Origin: Gemmatimonadota bacterium
GTDB taxonomy: Bacteria; Gemmatimonadota; Gemmatimonadetes; Gemmatimonadales; GWC2-71-9
NCBI GenBank assembly: GCA_039586815.1
Contig: JBDHJR010000004.1
Span: 95,212-159,211 of the forward strand
Reading direction: 5' to 3'
Length of the DNA: 64,000 nt
Shown: in pieces, positions 62,764 to 64,000 of the stretch
Layout of the letters: the number at the start of each line of letters is the position of its first letter
Position numbering within the stretch: the first letter of the stretch is position 1
The notes under the pieces: model-generated
Told to the model about the DNA's origin: nothing
What the model saw: the letters and a program-made list of their open reading frames with translations, nothing else
Database searches by the model: none
Translations under genes and position numbers: made by a program

Positions 62764-64000
62764 AGCGCGTATACGTCGAGACCTACGGGTGCCAGATGAA
62801 CGTGGCCGACACCGAGTTGATCCTGGGGCGGCTCGGAGGGGAGGGTTACGTGGCGACCGAAGATCCGGCGGCGGCCGACGTGATGCTGGTGAACACATGT
62901 GCGGTGCGCGACAACGCGGAGCAGCGCGTGATCGGTCGTATGGGGGAGCTCAAGCGGCATAAGCGGCCCGGAGTGGTGCTCGGCGTCGTAGGGTGCATGG
63001 CGCAGCGCCTGGGGCAACGGCTGCTCGACGGCGCGCCGCACGTGGACCTGGTGGTGGGTCCCGACGGGTACCGCGGGCTGCCGGAGCTCATAGCCGGGGC
63101 GATGAACGGGGCCCGGGCGGCCGACGTGGAATTCAAGTCGTGGGAGCACTACGAGGACGTCCCCACACACAGGGCGGGTGACCGCGTCGGCGCGTTCGTC
63201 ACCGTGCAGCGCGGCTGCGATTATCGGTGCAGCTTCTGCATCGTTCCGATGACGCGGGGACGTGAGCGAAGCCGTAAGCTGGACGACGTGGTAGGTGAGG
63301 TGGAGGCTCTCGTCGCACGGGGCGTCACCGAAGTCACGCTGCTGGGGCAGACGGTGAACAGCTACCACGACGGCGAGCACGACTTCGCCGATTTGTTGCG
63401 TGTCGTGGGCGGGTCGTCGGGGATGCGCCGCGTCCGGTTCACCAGTCCCCATCCCAATGACTTCAGTGACCGCGTCATTCAGGCCATGGCAGAGGTGCCG
63501 TCGGTGTGCGAGCACGTGCACTTGCCCTTGCAGAGCGGCTCGTCGCGCGTCCTCAAGCGCATGGGACGCCGCTACGACCGCGAGGGCTTCCTCGAGTGCG
63601 TGGCGCGCTTGCGCCGCGCCATTCCGGGCCTGGCACTCACCACGGACATCATCGTGGGCTTCCCGGGGGAGTCGGAGGAGGATTTCCGAGCCACCGAGAG
63701 CCTGGTGCGGGAGGTCGAGTTCGACGACGCCTTCACCTTCCGCTACTCGCCGCGCGAGGGTACCGGGGCTCTCAGGTTGCCCGACCCCGTCCCGGAGGCC
63801 GAAGCCGGGGAGCGCCTGCAGCGGCTCATCGAGGTGGTGCGCCAGGTGGCGCGGCGCAGGAACGTCGCGCTGGTGGGGTCCACGCAGGAGGTATTGGTCG
63901 AGAAGGTGGCGCGACGCGGCGAGTTGCTGCAGACTAGAACCAGAACCAACAAGATCGTGCTGGTCGACGGCCCCGAAGAGTGGATCGGCTCCTACATCAC
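62760..64000 (+). CDS. miaB: tRNA-i6A37 methylthiotransferase MiaB (3' end outside window)
   Basis: My own translation of the frame that stays open to the window end: MKRVYVETYGCQMNVADTELI..., MLVNTCAVRDNAEQRV, radical-SAM GCDYRCSFCIVP, HLPLQSGSSRVLKRM. Confidence 0.88.
   Translation, partial: MKRVYVETYGCQMNVADTELILGRLGGEGYVATEDPAAADVMLVNTCAVRDNAEQRVIGRMGELKRHKRPGVVLGVVGCMAQRLGQRLLDGAPHVDLVVGPDGYRGLPELIAGAMNGARAADVEFKSWEHYEDVPTHRAGDRVGAFVTVQRGCDYRCSFCIVPMTRGRERSRKLDDVVGEVEALVARGVTEVTLLGQTVNSYHDGEHDFADLLRVVGGSSGMRRVRFTSPHPNDFSDRVIQAMAEVPSVCEHVHLPLQSGSSRVLKRMGRRYDREGFLECVARLRRAIPGLALTTDIIVGFPGESEEDFRATESLVREVEFDDAFTFRYSPREGTGALRLPDPVPEAEAGERLQRLIEVVRQVARRRNVALVGSTQEVLVEKVARRGELLQTRTRTNKIVLVDGPEEWIGSYI

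Noticed and set aside
1-64000. Search for CRISPR arrays, IS elements, prophage or toxin-antitoxin modules, and rRNA.
   Set aside because: I found no regularly spaced direct repeats, no transposase, integrase or phage-like ORFs, and no rRNA-like sequence while reading both strands. A repeat finder would be needed to exclude short or degenerate repeats.

Overview
High-GC (roughly two-thirds G+C by eye), very densely coding bacterial chromosomal segment. It holds about 65 protein genes and 2 tRNAs. I saw no rRNA, CRISPR array, transposase or integrase. Most genes are on the + strand, and 1-8 nt stop/start overlaps are pervasive. Order, left to right: (i) 1-6654: a Firmicute-style block, yggS-divIVA-punA-ileS-dksA/traR-lspA-rluD. 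(ii) 6656-23724: an 18-gene, translationally coupled chemosensory super-operon (cheW-cheY-cheA-cheC ... cheR-cheD-cheB-cheW-cheW-TPR). Nested between cheC and cheR is an eight-gene module: a giant TPR protein, two DUF4388/PATAN-TPR paralogs, a TPR-roadblock fusion, a roadblock protein, a canonical mglB-mglA GTPase pair, and a protein built from two tandem DnaA-type AAA+ modules with no DNA-binding domain. No MCP receptor is encoded in the window. (iii) 23625-26877: an HExxH protease, a small membrane protein, tRNA-Val, a secreted protein and tRNA-Asp. (iv) 26954-42071: a complete dcw cluster, rsmH-ftsL-ftsI-murE-murF-mraY-murD-ftsW-murG-murC-ftsQ-ftsA-ftsZ, without mraZ, murB or ddl. (v) 42073-48809: an M23 peptidase, an orphan HisA-like barrel, a VWA-like membrane protein, ftsY and recG. 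(vi) 48796-54262: a small mixed-strand accessory islet with a beta-barrel-like secreted protein, an HhH protein, a 52-aa membrane peptide, an SDR, a MerB-like lyase, DUF488, arsR-arsM and a pterin dehydratase. (vii) 54402-64000: asnS, mazG, alr-deoB-cdd, a lipoprotein plus beta-barrel OMP pair, mtaB and miaB (3' truncated). The most interesting object is the Che / MglAB / PATAN / tandem-DnaA-like super-operon. I read it as a chemosensory pathway hard-wired to a polarity-GTPase switch, and it matches no characterised system I know; I cannot verify novelty without database searches. Secondary observations: several AT-rich sigma70-like promoters sit so close to start codons that the mRNAs would be leaderless; the mazG and alr promoters overlap divergently; and alr has no canonical start codon. 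Phylum cannot be proven from the sequence. The mix of diderm features, Firmicute-like synteny and a Thermus-type AsnRS makes me guess Gemmatimonadota or a relative, at low confidence. All domain calls come from motif recognition by eye on the supplied translations, not from searches.
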